A stretch of 62,456 nucleotides of DNA, counting the filler, from Porpidia crustulata (lineage: Eukaryota): NCBI GenBank assembly GCA_964255105.1. It is 8 parts of 8 records of this genome, joined end to end, with 100 filler letters (N's around TTAATTAATTAA, not from the genome) between each part and the next. Parts side by side here need not be neighbours in the genome. Positions count along the whole stretch, not along the records: positions 7,832 to 15,561 come from CAXUWE010001248.1; positions 15,662 to 23,390 come from CAXUWE010001249.1; 6 more parts are not named here. One strand, written 5' to 3'. The translations under genes were made by a program, and so were the position numbers. Of the stretch, positions 12,033-23,490 are shown piece by piece. How positions within the stretch are numbered: the stretch's first letter is position 1; each line of letters starts with the position of its first letter. Under the pieces are notes generated by a model. It did not search any database, was not told where the DNA came from, and saw only the letters and a list, made by a program, of their open reading frames with translations.

Positions 12033-14905
12033 ACTTTTATTGCGGCGCTTCCAGTGAAGGACCCCGCAGAAGGCAAAGAAGCCAAAGAAGGTAAGGAAGC
12101 CAAAGAAGCCAACGAAGCCAATCAATGTCTCCACCAAAAAGGGGCCAAAGCGAAATGTAAGTCTGTGATTGAGCGGCAGATTAGAAACGCAACGAGCTGG
12201 ATTTTCCAGATCCCACGGGACTTATGATCTCTGTATTGCTCTACTTCTTGTGATGTCTTTTGCAGTCGTAGGACCTAACGATGGTCCTAAGAAGACGACG
12301 ACTACAGAACAACCTGTAGGTAACACTAGCAAGCCCGCCCTGCAGACTCGTGAAAGGTTTGACTGAGATGCTAGTTGCAATTTAAGTCCGTTGAAGATAC
12401 GCTCGAGTTGAGACCAAGTCAAAAGTCTACATCGCAGAAGTTGTCTCCTACGCACGACGTGACGGATTCGATCTTGATGGACAAGGAAGCAGGTGCTCAC
12501 GACCGAACCCTCGTGACTGGCATGGAATGTGGCTTGAAGGAACTTTACAGAGATGACCCTAGACTTGCGTGGCAGGATTGGGCCCCCGATGATATCGATA
12601 TTGATCCCGAAGAGTCGTCGGATGCCAAGAAATATGCTATCATCGTGAGGCGTGAAAAGAGGCTTGAAGGACAATCGAGTCTCGTTCTACACTCAATCAC
12701 GATCCAAAGCCCCTTTCTTAGGACAGTACTAGGGGATGTCTTTGATGGTTATAAGGGAATCACTACCAAGCTCAAAGACCTGACATTTTGTACTCCATTC
12801 TATGAATTCTTCTACCGCTGGGATCGACTCCAGCAGCGGATAAGGGAAGAAATGAATGACCTTGTCTTGGAGCATATTAAAATACTGCACACCATACTGA
12901 GCGCAGAAATAAAGCCGCATCTGGAGAAAAGACAAGAACTTCTTCATAATGGCTTGGTCACGTACGATTATCTCTGGGCATTATTCGAGCCAGGTGCCGT
13001 GATCCACACGCTACTTGATGGCCAGGATCGCTTATACAGACTCATTGACTCCAAATATCGTAATCAGAGGGAGGATAGATTCTTCAGCTTGACATGCAGA
13101 TACGTCGATTGCGACGGATCGTCGTTTGGGTACGTAACAGCGACTCTTAGACTTGAACATTTTGACGGCATCAAACCGATCTCTGAGCTTTCTATTGTAC
13201 CATTGAATCTACAGAGGCAGATTAGGGAGATACAGGAAAAATTATGGAAGAGGGGAGAAGCGTTTAAACAACTCAACGGATTCCACTATAAATCATACTC
13301 AGGATTGTGTATTATGATGCGCGGATATTTTCCCGGCCCGAACAGGCGAAGCGCAAGTCAGTGCAATTGCTCAGTGGCAAGCACCTGACAACTTATAGAT
13401 TGACGACGGTCACATCATAATCGACAGCAAATTGTGGTCCATACATAATGCCCAACATGCACCCCATCTCGAGAGATTAGATGCTCCATTGTCTGACATT
13501 CACCCGCATGATAACAATACCTTCCCTTTTCCTGGCGATAGTTCTGTGGATGATTTAATGCCATCTCATGGATTTCATCACGGCGCTATCAAAGCTACAA
13601 TGAAAGTGTATATGAAACAAAGGCATCGACCCAGGGACTCGCGAGGAAAAAGTGTGTTTGCATCCAGATTGAACCCCTTCAAAAGCTGATTATCATAAGA
13701 CCAGAGTACCCTTACTGATGATGAAATCATTCTGTGTACCCCAACGGTCAGAGACTACTGTCTGACGTCTAAACAATGGGGTAAGCCTACGAAGGTCCGT
13801 GTTGCTACTCTTCGGCTTATTTCACCTTTCAAGTGTACTTCTACATTGATAACGTCCGCGAAATTCGATGGAATACGGAAGCCTTCCAGCGACTTGTCCT
13901 TCCGCATGACTATAAGAAACTCATACGGGCGTTTGTAGATAGCCAACTATCTCAAAGCCATGAGTTCGATGATATAATTCAGGGAAAAGGTGTGCTTCGA
14001 ATCATATTGTAGAAGTGAGCTTTCTAAACATGTGAAATGCAAGGCCAAGGAATCATAATGCTTCTCACTGGAGAGCCGGGAGTTATAAAGACGCTCACAG
14101 CTGAATCTGGTAGATTATGCGTCCTTCGTGATTGTCAAACTTGTTGAGCTCACTGATGACAGTGGCCGAGGAAATGAAGAAGCCTCTATACTCGATGAGT
14201 GCCGGAGAGCTTGGCCAGACTGCCGATGAAGTTGAGGAGAATCTTCGCAAGGTGCTCGAAATATCAACGAAGTGGGGAGCCGTTCTCCTTCTCGACGAGT
14301 GTGACGTCTTTTTGGAACAGCGCACAATTTCCGACCTTGAACGCAACAAACTCGTCTCTGGTGAAATGATCTTCCTGTCATCACAGAAATACTACTATAA
14401 ACCCAAATTAACGTCTCGATCCTAGTGTTCCTTCGCCTGCTTGAATACTACAAAGGCGTGATGTTTCTAACAACCAATCGGGTATCTGCGTTCGACGCAG
14501 CCTTCCAGTCCCGGATCCATCTGACGATCAATTATCTACCCGAAGCTGGACGTTCGATCCAAAACACTTATCTGGCGAACCTTTGTCAGGCCCAAGAGCG
14601 ACTCTACGCAATATGCAAGCGATATTAGTGAAAGGGACTTACACATTCTGGCAAGGAACGACATGAACGGACGAGAGATTAAGAACACTGTAAAGACTGC
14701 GAGACTGATTGCCAGCCAGAAGGGTATTCCACTGAACATGGAACACGTCGCCACGGTGCTAAGAGTTAACGAGGGCTCGCCTGGCGCAGGGCAGACTTCT
14801 CGTAGGATGGCTTGGTTGCTGTATCCCTCTGCTCCTCTCTGGTTCTTGATTTCGTACGTCCAACATTGCCTGAGAATCATCGTCAATATGGTTTTAGGGA
14901 GTTAA
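12033..14905 (+). pseudogene. Fungal AAA+ ATPase (long N-terminal region plus single AAA module), disrupted; 5' end uncertain
   Basis: Motifs: LHSITIQSPFLR..LGDVF, LVTYDYLWALFEPG, IRWNTEAFQRLVLP, FDDIIQGKGQGIIMLL, Walker A GEPGVIKT (14070-14093, conserved Gly replaced by Ile), Walker B VLLLDECD, VFLRLLEYYKGVMFLTTNR, AFQSRIH, MNGREIKN. There is a 4-bp frameshift at 14533-14538. The start may lie upstream of 12033. Confidence 0.85.
12069..12122 (+). repeat. Six-unit 9-bp tandem repeat (EGK-EAK-EGK-EAK-EAN-EAN)
   Basis: gaaggcaaa gaagccaaa gaaggtaag gaagccaaa gaagccaac gaagccaat, in a probable 5' exon of the AAA gene. Confidence 0.8.
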
Positions 14906-15561
14906 CAGAGAAGTATGAAACACTGGCTCATGAAATGCGTATCAGGGGTCGCTGACATTGCAGTTCCTAACTCTACCACAGATCGCTTTCAGGAGGTGTA
15001 TACCCCTTTCGATACACACGCCTTCCAGTCTCTTCTGTTTATCATCACCTTCCACTTAGTAATCGACGGACCAGCTCTTATCTGGCACATGAGGGACCAT
15101 GTTATAAGTAGGACTTAGGAGTCCAGAAAGCATTGCAGGCGCCTATGTCGAAGGGCTGTAGAAAGTCATGAATACCGTTAGATCGGGATTGCATTCTCAT
15201 TATTGATGATATAATGAGTTAGTGATGTGAAATTTAGAAACAAACTGTTATAATTCTATTTTACTGACCAATAGAAAACGAAAATTACAAAACAATATTT
15301 CGAAACAAGTAGCCCATGTATCTATCTTGTGTATTTAATTTCAATGCGGAAGTGTACTCATTGCGGAATCTGCGTATTCACCTTTCATATTTCATGAAAC
15401 CATAATACCAAACGTGAAATCAATTGCACGACGAAGTCGAGTAAATTCTATGTATCCACCATCACACAAATGTCGACCAAGCGCCTGATTATTCAGCGAA
15501 CCCACATTCATTTCCTCCCGATCCCCCCTTCCTCGTCTCCGCTTCTCTCCACCTCCCCTTC

Positions 15562-15661
15562 NNNNNNNNNNNNNNNNNNNNNNNNNNNNNNNNNNNNNNN
15601 NNNNNTTAATTAATTAANNNNNNNNNNNNNNNNNNNNNNNNNNNNNNNNNNNNNNNNNNNN
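15562..15661. other. Artificial contig linker
   Basis: N44-TTAATTAATTAA-N44. Confidence 0.99.
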
Positions 15662-17538
15662 GATGGTGGGAGAGAGGATTGGGGGGGACAGATACGTACA
15701 CCCGCCGAGTATGCGCCATTGCCTTGATCGCCTACAGGTCCCTCGCGGACGATTTCGCCGTCAGTGTAACTATGGGGCGGAGATGTGTTAGTCATCTGGT
15801 ATTCAAGGAAGGATGGGAGGCTCATTGAAAGAAGGAGGCGTACACTGTGTCATCTCTCTCAATGTTGCCGGCACCTGTCATGTAGTTGAAATTTCAGCGC
15901 TGTCTATTGTGACAGGTACGACTTGGAGCAGGGAGCTCACCACCACGGCCGTGGGAAGCAACAGGTGCTGCTTCGGAAGTCATCGTTCGACTGGAGGTTG
16001 TTACTATGCTAGAAGTGGTCATTAGAATACAATCCTGCGGTATATCTTGAGCTCGCGGGGTGGGCTGCTGGCTTTGCGCCTGGGCAGACCGGGGCCAACA
16101 CATCTTCGGAGGCTTCTTGTACTTACTTTGAAAAGTCGTGATGGTGATGATCTGACTGTGTTCAGCTTGCTATTGCACTGCCGCCTAGGTGTGGAGTGAA
16201 CAAGATGGATTGCAAGATGCGAGGCATCAGATATGTGAATGCCATGTTTGGTGACGCTAGCAATACGCCAAGTGGGATGACGATTCTCTTTTCCGATACA
16301 AATTACTTTAAGGTCTCCCACATCCGGATAAGATGGATTAGTCATACTGATAGGCGTCCGGGGTGGTCGATTTGTCGTTCTCTGCTGTCCCGGAAACCAA
16401 CGTGTGGGCCTACACAGGTCTTGGCTCTTGCTTTCATCGCCTTTTCTGTCCAGCTACGTCCTAAGTTCTCACATCGACCGTACTTATGTGCTCGACGAAC
16501 CAATCGACAGCGTGCAATGTGGCGCCATAACTCTTATGAATTATAGCATTGGAGCCCCTTCGCTGAGGAATCATGGTGAACGCATCGGTCAGGAACGTGG
16601 GAGCGCCGACATGCCATCATCAGGCCATCGTGCCATTGTTAGAGTTTGTGGAACATCTTCTACGTTGCGGTCTTCTAACTTTCAAGAGAGCTGAGAGCAC
16701 TACGACCTCTCCCTTGTCTTAGCTTCGAACGCCTATGCCTGTGCGGAGTTCGCGTATGGCTATCCCTAAGAGTCTATCATATTACACAATCAATCTCCAC
16801 CTCGTCGACATGGTCAGATAAGTGTTGGCCTTAATTGGCCGAGGAAGCTGAATCTCCGGGTAGACATGGCGACGACTGGTAATGTCGACCATTCTATATC
16901 TTTCTACAAGGCCTAGCATAGCTGCCTCTTGAAACGTTCCTTTATGAACCGCACATTTGTCTTGTCTTTCATCTACGCTGTTCTAACTGTGGGTTATTCC
17001 AATGTCTCTGTGTTTCAAGTGACAGCTTTTCTTCTTGATGTCGTAAGATTCGATCCATTAGCTGGACCTAAAAGTGATTACTTTTTGCGTTTCATAATGG
17101 CTTCGCCATGGGTCTGACTCAACTCCGCAGAGAGATAACTATCGAATGGGACGGAGAACGTCCTCATATGTGTATTGTTCTCAGAATACAGAAAATTTGA
17201 TGGCTTCCAAGTCACCAGCAGTCTGTGTCTTATGAATCTTTGGAGGGTTACACATGTGAAAGATATTAGATACAAGTTATAGGAGACTGAAGGATCGAAG
17301 CTTTTCTTGAAATTCTTACTATTGCTTGAATTATATTTTATTTTCAGGATATAACTTGGGTGATACGCGCAAAACATTTCCTGCAGCAAGGACGGCTATC
17401 GGAACATTTTTTCGAGAAGCGCATCGGATATATGTCATGGTTTAATAAGTACTAAGAACGCTTTGTGACCCTCTTCTCTCTCGCGTCCATAAGTCTAGAG
17501 TTACAACCCTTGAGCGGCAACCGCATATTTCGAGCATT

Positions 17539-19505
17539 ATGTACATTGGCTTTTGTTGTTTGTTATTGGTTTCAGTAATTAGTACCCTTGTCGTTACCGA
17601 CTCTGATTATGGCATTGTCTTTTATCCCACTGATGGAAAGAATCAAGATCATGTCGACCAGGTGACATTGGACCTTCAGGCTATTATCGAGCCTGCAAGG
17701 CTGTTTGTGTCTTTCAGTAGATATCTTGGTACCTTCTACTGGTTTGCCTCCATGACGGTAACCAGAGCGGAGACATTTGCGAACGCTCGCCGAGGACTAG
17801 TTAGTTATCCTTCGATCCAGTCCAGTCTATCAAGGAGTCTCTGGACCCTCCAGCTTTCCCATGGGCTTGAAGTGAAATTAATTTTGACCACCGCTGACCG
17901 AGATTTCAGATAGCGAGTTGGTCAGTCGTGGGTATCATCCTACGAGCTCTGCATCAAATTGTCGACTGATGCGATCAGTATAGATCGGTGAAAGTACCTT
18001 ACCTCTATCAACCGGGAACCGTACCGTAGCTGGGAATACGAAGAAGAGAGGGATGTCCTCGAATGGTATAACTTTGCAGAGCGACGCGTTGAATGATCTG
18101 AAAGTAACATCACAACCTCGAGGCATTAGACTGAGCGATGAATATTTGAAAGGGTATTACTACGATTCTACGGCTGGACAAGATACTATGGTGTACGTCA
18201 TAGATACTGGTGTGGACGAATGGATCCCAGTGAGTAATATTTCACATCAACACAAACTCAGTCAAGGCCGTCCTCCAAACTCCCATACCTCCTAAATTGA
18301 AAAGACCGAATGCAAAGAGCTGAAACGGACTTTCGAAGAAGCTTCAATTACCACTTCAACAAGCGGAGTGGATCTCACAAATTATCTTCCAACCACATAT
18401 TCATCGATTTTCTTTCTCTAAGATTGGGTTGCTTATTAACAGAGCTGCTTTTAGCTCACATTGACACATAGGAGCTATTTGGTAATTATTTCGAATGGAT
18501 ATGGTCGGGACCCTATGCGGTAACCGGGGAGAAACGCGATCTAAAACCTCATAAGCACGGGACGAACATGGCCGCCAAGATCGTCGGCCGAAGACTAGGC
18601 ATCGCCAAGAGAGCGAGAGTAACAGTGGTGAACGCTGCAGCGCAGAATGGGGATATAACAGTGGAATCCGTCATAGATGGAATGGTCCGAATCTATGACG
18701 AATTAAGAAACAGAGCGGGTCGTCCTCCAGCCGTCTTGATGCTGGCTCTGGGGTATCCTGCTAATGATTACAAGCGTGATGTATACACAGCATCTATTTA
18801 CCACGCTCTGGATACCTTACTCAAGGAGCTGATGGAAATGGAAGTTATATGTGTGGTTGGAGCCGGAAACAAAGGAATGGTCAGTAACGTCCAAGCCACT
18901 TACGTAGATCTTGGATATTGATTGTCTAGTCTGTACCGATAACCTACTACCCTGGGATATTTGGCTCTGTTTATAGCCGCGTGATTGTCGTCGGGGGAGT
19001 CGACATAAACGGACTACAGGATCCCTTGGCACAAAGGGCAGACTACGTGAAGATTTCTGCCATATCGACAGACGTTAATATCCCTTGGGAATCCACGTTG
19101 AACCTTGGGAGTCCTTACAAGAAGGCGGATGGTACCTCATTCGGTTCGTCAAACCTTTCCCGATTCGAGGGGACACGCTGACGAGATCCCACAGCGGCTG
19201 CTTCCGTTGCAGGCCTAGTCGCGAACCTCATGACCTTGGGGACGCCGGCCATCAAGATCCCCGAGCAGCTCTACAGCCTCGCCTACCCGAGGATCGCCGG
19301 CGGACCGCCGGTGCTGTACAACGGCATTGAGTTCAGAAGAACGCCAGCCGGATCTGTTGTGAACGGCAGTATCGATCTGACGTCGACAGCTGGTATTAAA
19401 AAGTCACAACCGGCAGCGAGTGCAGCTACTCGACCGAACGGGAACGCCAATCCAGCAGTAGGATTCAATGAGGTCGTCAATTTGACAGTGGACATTACTA
19501 GCTAA
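17539..19505 (+). CDS. Secreted subtilisin-like (S8) serine protease
   Basis: Signal-peptide-like start MYIGFCCLLLVSVISTLVV. Catalytic Asp in VYVIDTG, His in HGTNMAAKIVG, oxyanion residue in VVGAGN, Ser in ADGTSF|AAASVAGLVA. The frame stays open if intron 1 is 17800-17983; the closer acceptor at 17909 would give a stop. Confidence 0.82.
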
Positions 19506-20961
19506 TCTACGTAAAAACGCAAGGTTCTTTCTGGAGGAGTGCTCCGAGGGAGCGGAAAGGGAGGATTGCACTCGAACGGCTGCCTGACAGGTGGGATTCA
19601 GTGCCTTGTACGTTACTACCCCGGGCTTGAATCAAAATCGCCGCGGTTGTGGGGAGGACGAGGAGTGGAAGCTACTGCTTGAGAGAACGGGCCGGTACCA
19701 CCAATGGCACAGAATTTGCATCTATGTAGAGGGAGCTTGGTGAGTAGAGAGCAAGCTACTACGGCCTTCAAGAGGTGCGGTTCTTATGAAACAACTATAA
19801 AAGATCTTGGTCTAGTCATCGTCATCAAAGTATCTGCCTGTATACCTACCTTATCTTGCTTAACCTTCCATATCTAAATTATATTCTAAGACGACAACAA
19901 AATAGAAAACCTCAAAGTCCACCTCATCATTCACTATATCATTCAGCAAGATTTGCACCTACAAAACTGCTCTACAGACCTACACGTCTTACAATATGAT
20001 TTTCATTCAATCGTTTAAGTTTTTCTTTCCTTGATAGAGATCTTCTTGAGTTTTCTTTTAAAGTCCACGTCGTTTGTCTTAAAGAAAGTTGCATGTGCGA
20101 TGGCGGTGGGTTTAGATGGTGTTGGGTCTGTTATGGTTTTTATGTTGGGAAATAGTGGTGGCAGATGGGGTGTGGAGGGGGGAGGGAAATTCTGCTAGCG
20201 CCCTCAGCCTCATGTGGCGGAGATTTCCAACGATCCTTGTTTCAACAAACATTATCACGATGATTCTTTTTACACCTTTACCTTCTTCTTCCTCTTCGAA
20301 GATAATCTCATACATTACTCATTCCCTCACCGAACAGCTATGTCAAATCTCCCTCTCGCTCCAGCGCTTTTGCTGCAGTTGCAACGATATAGAAGGTCTG
20401 GTAACGCTCACTCCGAATGTTTAGCGCTAGATGATGATTCATCTGTCTGTGGAACCTGTCCGTGGAGCTCGCATACATATATTATATACATTATATGTAC
20501 ACGCGAGCTTAGGATTGGGGAATACCGTTTCGGTCTGGAAGAGGGAGTAGGAGTAGGGATGCTTTGGAGCAAGCAGCGAGGGAGACCGGAGCCTGAAATG
20601 GATCACCTATCCCGAGGAAGAGCACAGAAGGCTCTACAAAGCCACTTTGGATATGCCGATCGACATTCCAGATAATAAAGAAAGCTTTCTCAAGAAAATC
20701 TCTCGACGATTGTTCCCTTATTAAAGACCGTGGAATTCGTGATCACGTCGAACATTCCATCTTAAAGTACGCAGACACGTCGGTCTCGTTATTTTTTTCA
20801 CCCGCGTGATTGCCCAGCTGTATGGCTGATCCCCGAACCCAAATAAACCCGCTTAAGTGCTACTACCTTGCCTTCCAACTTATCTCATGAATCCTCTCCT
20901 CTACTTTTCTCATGCTCCTAGTGTGCAATACACACTTCTGTTGCTGGACTGAAACGTCTCT

Positions 20962-22445
20962 ATGGCCGATACGATCCGAGGTGATGGGCTGCTTATAGCA
21001 AGTAGATCTTTAGCAGTGCTCGCCGAAGATCCGGAGCGACTTCATCGTGCAAGAGAACGGTACAGCGATTTTCCACCGTCATACGTATCGCATCAATCAC
21101 ATAATTCAACTCGATCACAAAGTCCTGATCCACCTAGTGAAGAACAGAATCGTCGCGAGGAGCAACAAGTCCAATTATGACTAGAACGCTGGGCTTCATT
21201 TCCTTATGAACAACTTGGGGCTCAAAAAAGAGAGGAGGAACGACGGATCCTCGAAGCACATGAGGTCGGAACACACCGTCTGCTCGTTGGATCCAATTTT
21301 AAAAATATAGCGCATGACAACGTCAAGAATCGCCGGGTCGAGCAGGGCATCTGGAACGACAAGTGGAGTGAAACAGCATTTGGCGGAGTGTGGAAGCATG
21401 AACAGCCGCTCGAACTTGATTCGGAAATGAAGAGAAACAACGAAGCGGAACGCCCTATCTCTTCGCTTTTCTCGGCGGAGCCGATACCGGAATCAACACA
21501 ACCGAAGAGCGATGAAGAGAAACGACGAGAAGTAGAGCAATTGTCCCTACGAGTGCGCCAATATTAAGCCTCCCGACCATTTCATCAGTTTTTCTACCAG
21601 ATTTCGAAAGAGCGCGAACGACTTCAAAGCAGGGCAGGAACCAGGGAAGCGAGTGCGGCTGCCACTACAGATGCCGAGATCAATAGCAAGGCGTATAAGA
21701 TGGTAAAGAGCTTCTGGACCAAGCAGAAGATTTGGGATCAAAGATGGGGGATCCTGCCAGGAATGTCGTGGAAGCACGAGGAACCTCTCGAGAAGGATGT
21801 CACTCATGGTTTCGGTTCTGCCCAATCTAACCCGCTTGGGAATCGCAGCTGTGAAGTAGGGAAGCACCTCTCGCGCGTTCTTCCGGTTTCCTCGACTCCA
21901 CTCAGGTCAGTCAGCACGAAGTACCTCATGCGCGGGACGCAACTCAGCAGAGGCAATTAGCGAACGGTGGTTCAGCCGCACAACAAGATAGCGACGGTGA
22001 GCACTCTCATCCAGAGTCAGATTCACACCTTGAAGGATATGATAGGCAGATGCTTCGTCAAGCGGCCAGGCGGACGGTACGACCTGGGGTATCTCGCAAA
22101 GAGGAACAAGCCGTGGACACATCTCTCAAGCCTGTGCGCCCATCCAAGGTATCGAAAGCTCGCACAATAAAAAATGCTGACCGACGACAAAATCAACCGA
22201 GAGCCTCTGCCGTGGCGCTTTCTCATGAGCCATTATTGTCGACCGGACAAGATATTGCTCAACCAATCTGCCAGGTTGTCGCGGCACATCCACGCAGAAG
22301 TAAACGACTGCAGCTGCTAGAATATAGCATGGCTGAAGATTCCAACTTCATTGCTTCCGCGGCTTCGCTTGAGGTCAATTTGCAAACGAGACCGAAGCGG
22401 AACATTACAAGCAATCAGAAGTCCGCCCAGTTGGTAAATCCTTAG
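20962..22445 (+). pseudogene. Pseudogene of an unnamed fungal protein with a duplicated Trp-rich ...IW...W...WKHE(E/Q)PLE motif
   Basis: One reading frame runs from ATG 20962, broken by TGA 21178-21180, TAA 21565-21567 and TAG 21958-21960. The two related blocks are NVKNRRVEQGIWNDKW..WKHEQPLE and MVKSFWTKQKIWDQRWGILPGMSWKHEEPLE. A low-complexity basic tail continues in another frame. Confidence 0.7.
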
Positions 22446-23115
22446 AGGATATCGAAGCAACGACGCTGATAAGTGATATGGTGAAGGGTGGGCGATTATG
22501 CGAAGTAGATGTTACCTCAAGTCGTGCACTCTGTATGCGGAATATTGATCACCGACGCTGCGCCTAAATATTCCGGCGGGCGCTTCGTGAGTATCCTCAC
22601 TGCCAAAAGAGTGGATTCAGCTCTTGGCAATGAATCATGCAACCTATGGAATCTAAAAGACTATCACGATCATTGTGGCCTACCATTCGCTATATACCTA
22701 ATCGGGTACGATTTGTATGCCATCCTCCAAAGACCATGGCTCAGACGTGCCTGAGTGATACAGGAGCTCGCTGTCTCAGCCGAAGCTTACCTGATATGTG
22801 GCTCAGATACAATACCTTGGACACTCATTGAAGAAATATTTGCATATTTAATCGCGAATGAACTTATGATGATGATTTCACCTGCGGCTCTGATCAATTT
22901 CCCCATCTTGGACCACGCTCGTGGGTTGGCAAAATAATCTTCTCCACAACTTACTCTACGTATCCTCATTGCGCCACAGACAGACTCTACCCTAGGATCC
23001 GATCCGCGTGACATGATATTCGCCTTCGGTAGGCTCGTCACTAGGAAACACGACAGGAAGTCGACGGTGGAGCCAGAATACGGTCTGCCTATCTTAAACA
23101 TAGGGAGAATCACTA

Positions 23116-23390
23116 ACCGTACACCCCCTTTTGCCTACTCGTACACCCCCTCCCCCATATGAGGCTTAATGTCACCCACATGGGGCTTAGTGATAGGGTT
23201 ACAAACCTTTCCTCTATCAAATCGCCACCTGCTTGAAAAAATATCGAGCAATTGCACTCTGTTCTAATTCGATCGAAAAAATACCCCTATTAAAATCGAA
23301 ACGTCATCCAAAAGTCTTCCGCAGTCCGCCTAGGAGGTGGAATTGCCCTCCCACGACCCCAACGCCGGTGTCATCCACACTCTCTCAAAT
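23116..23390. mobile_element. Possible DNA-transposon end at the contig end
   Basis: After TA at 23114-23115 come two exact 12-bp direct repeats CGTACACCCCCT (23118-23129, 23140-23151), then non-coding DNA to the contig end. No transposase or partner terminal repeat is visible. Confidence 0.3.
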
Positions 23391-23490
23391 NNNNNNNNNN
23401 NNNNNNNNNNNNNNNNNNNNNNNNNNNNNNNNNNTTAATTAATTAANNNNNNNNNNNNNNNNNNNNNNNNNNNNNNNNNNNNNNNNNNNN
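23391..23490. other. Artificial contig linker
   Basis: N44-TTAATTAATTAA-N44. Confidence 0.99.

Noticed and set aside
12033..19505. AAA ATPase plus S8 protease as an IetAS-like or gasdermin-protease defence pair
   Set aside because: The genes are on different contigs, the protease has a signal peptide, and no gasdermin-like ORF is visible beside it.
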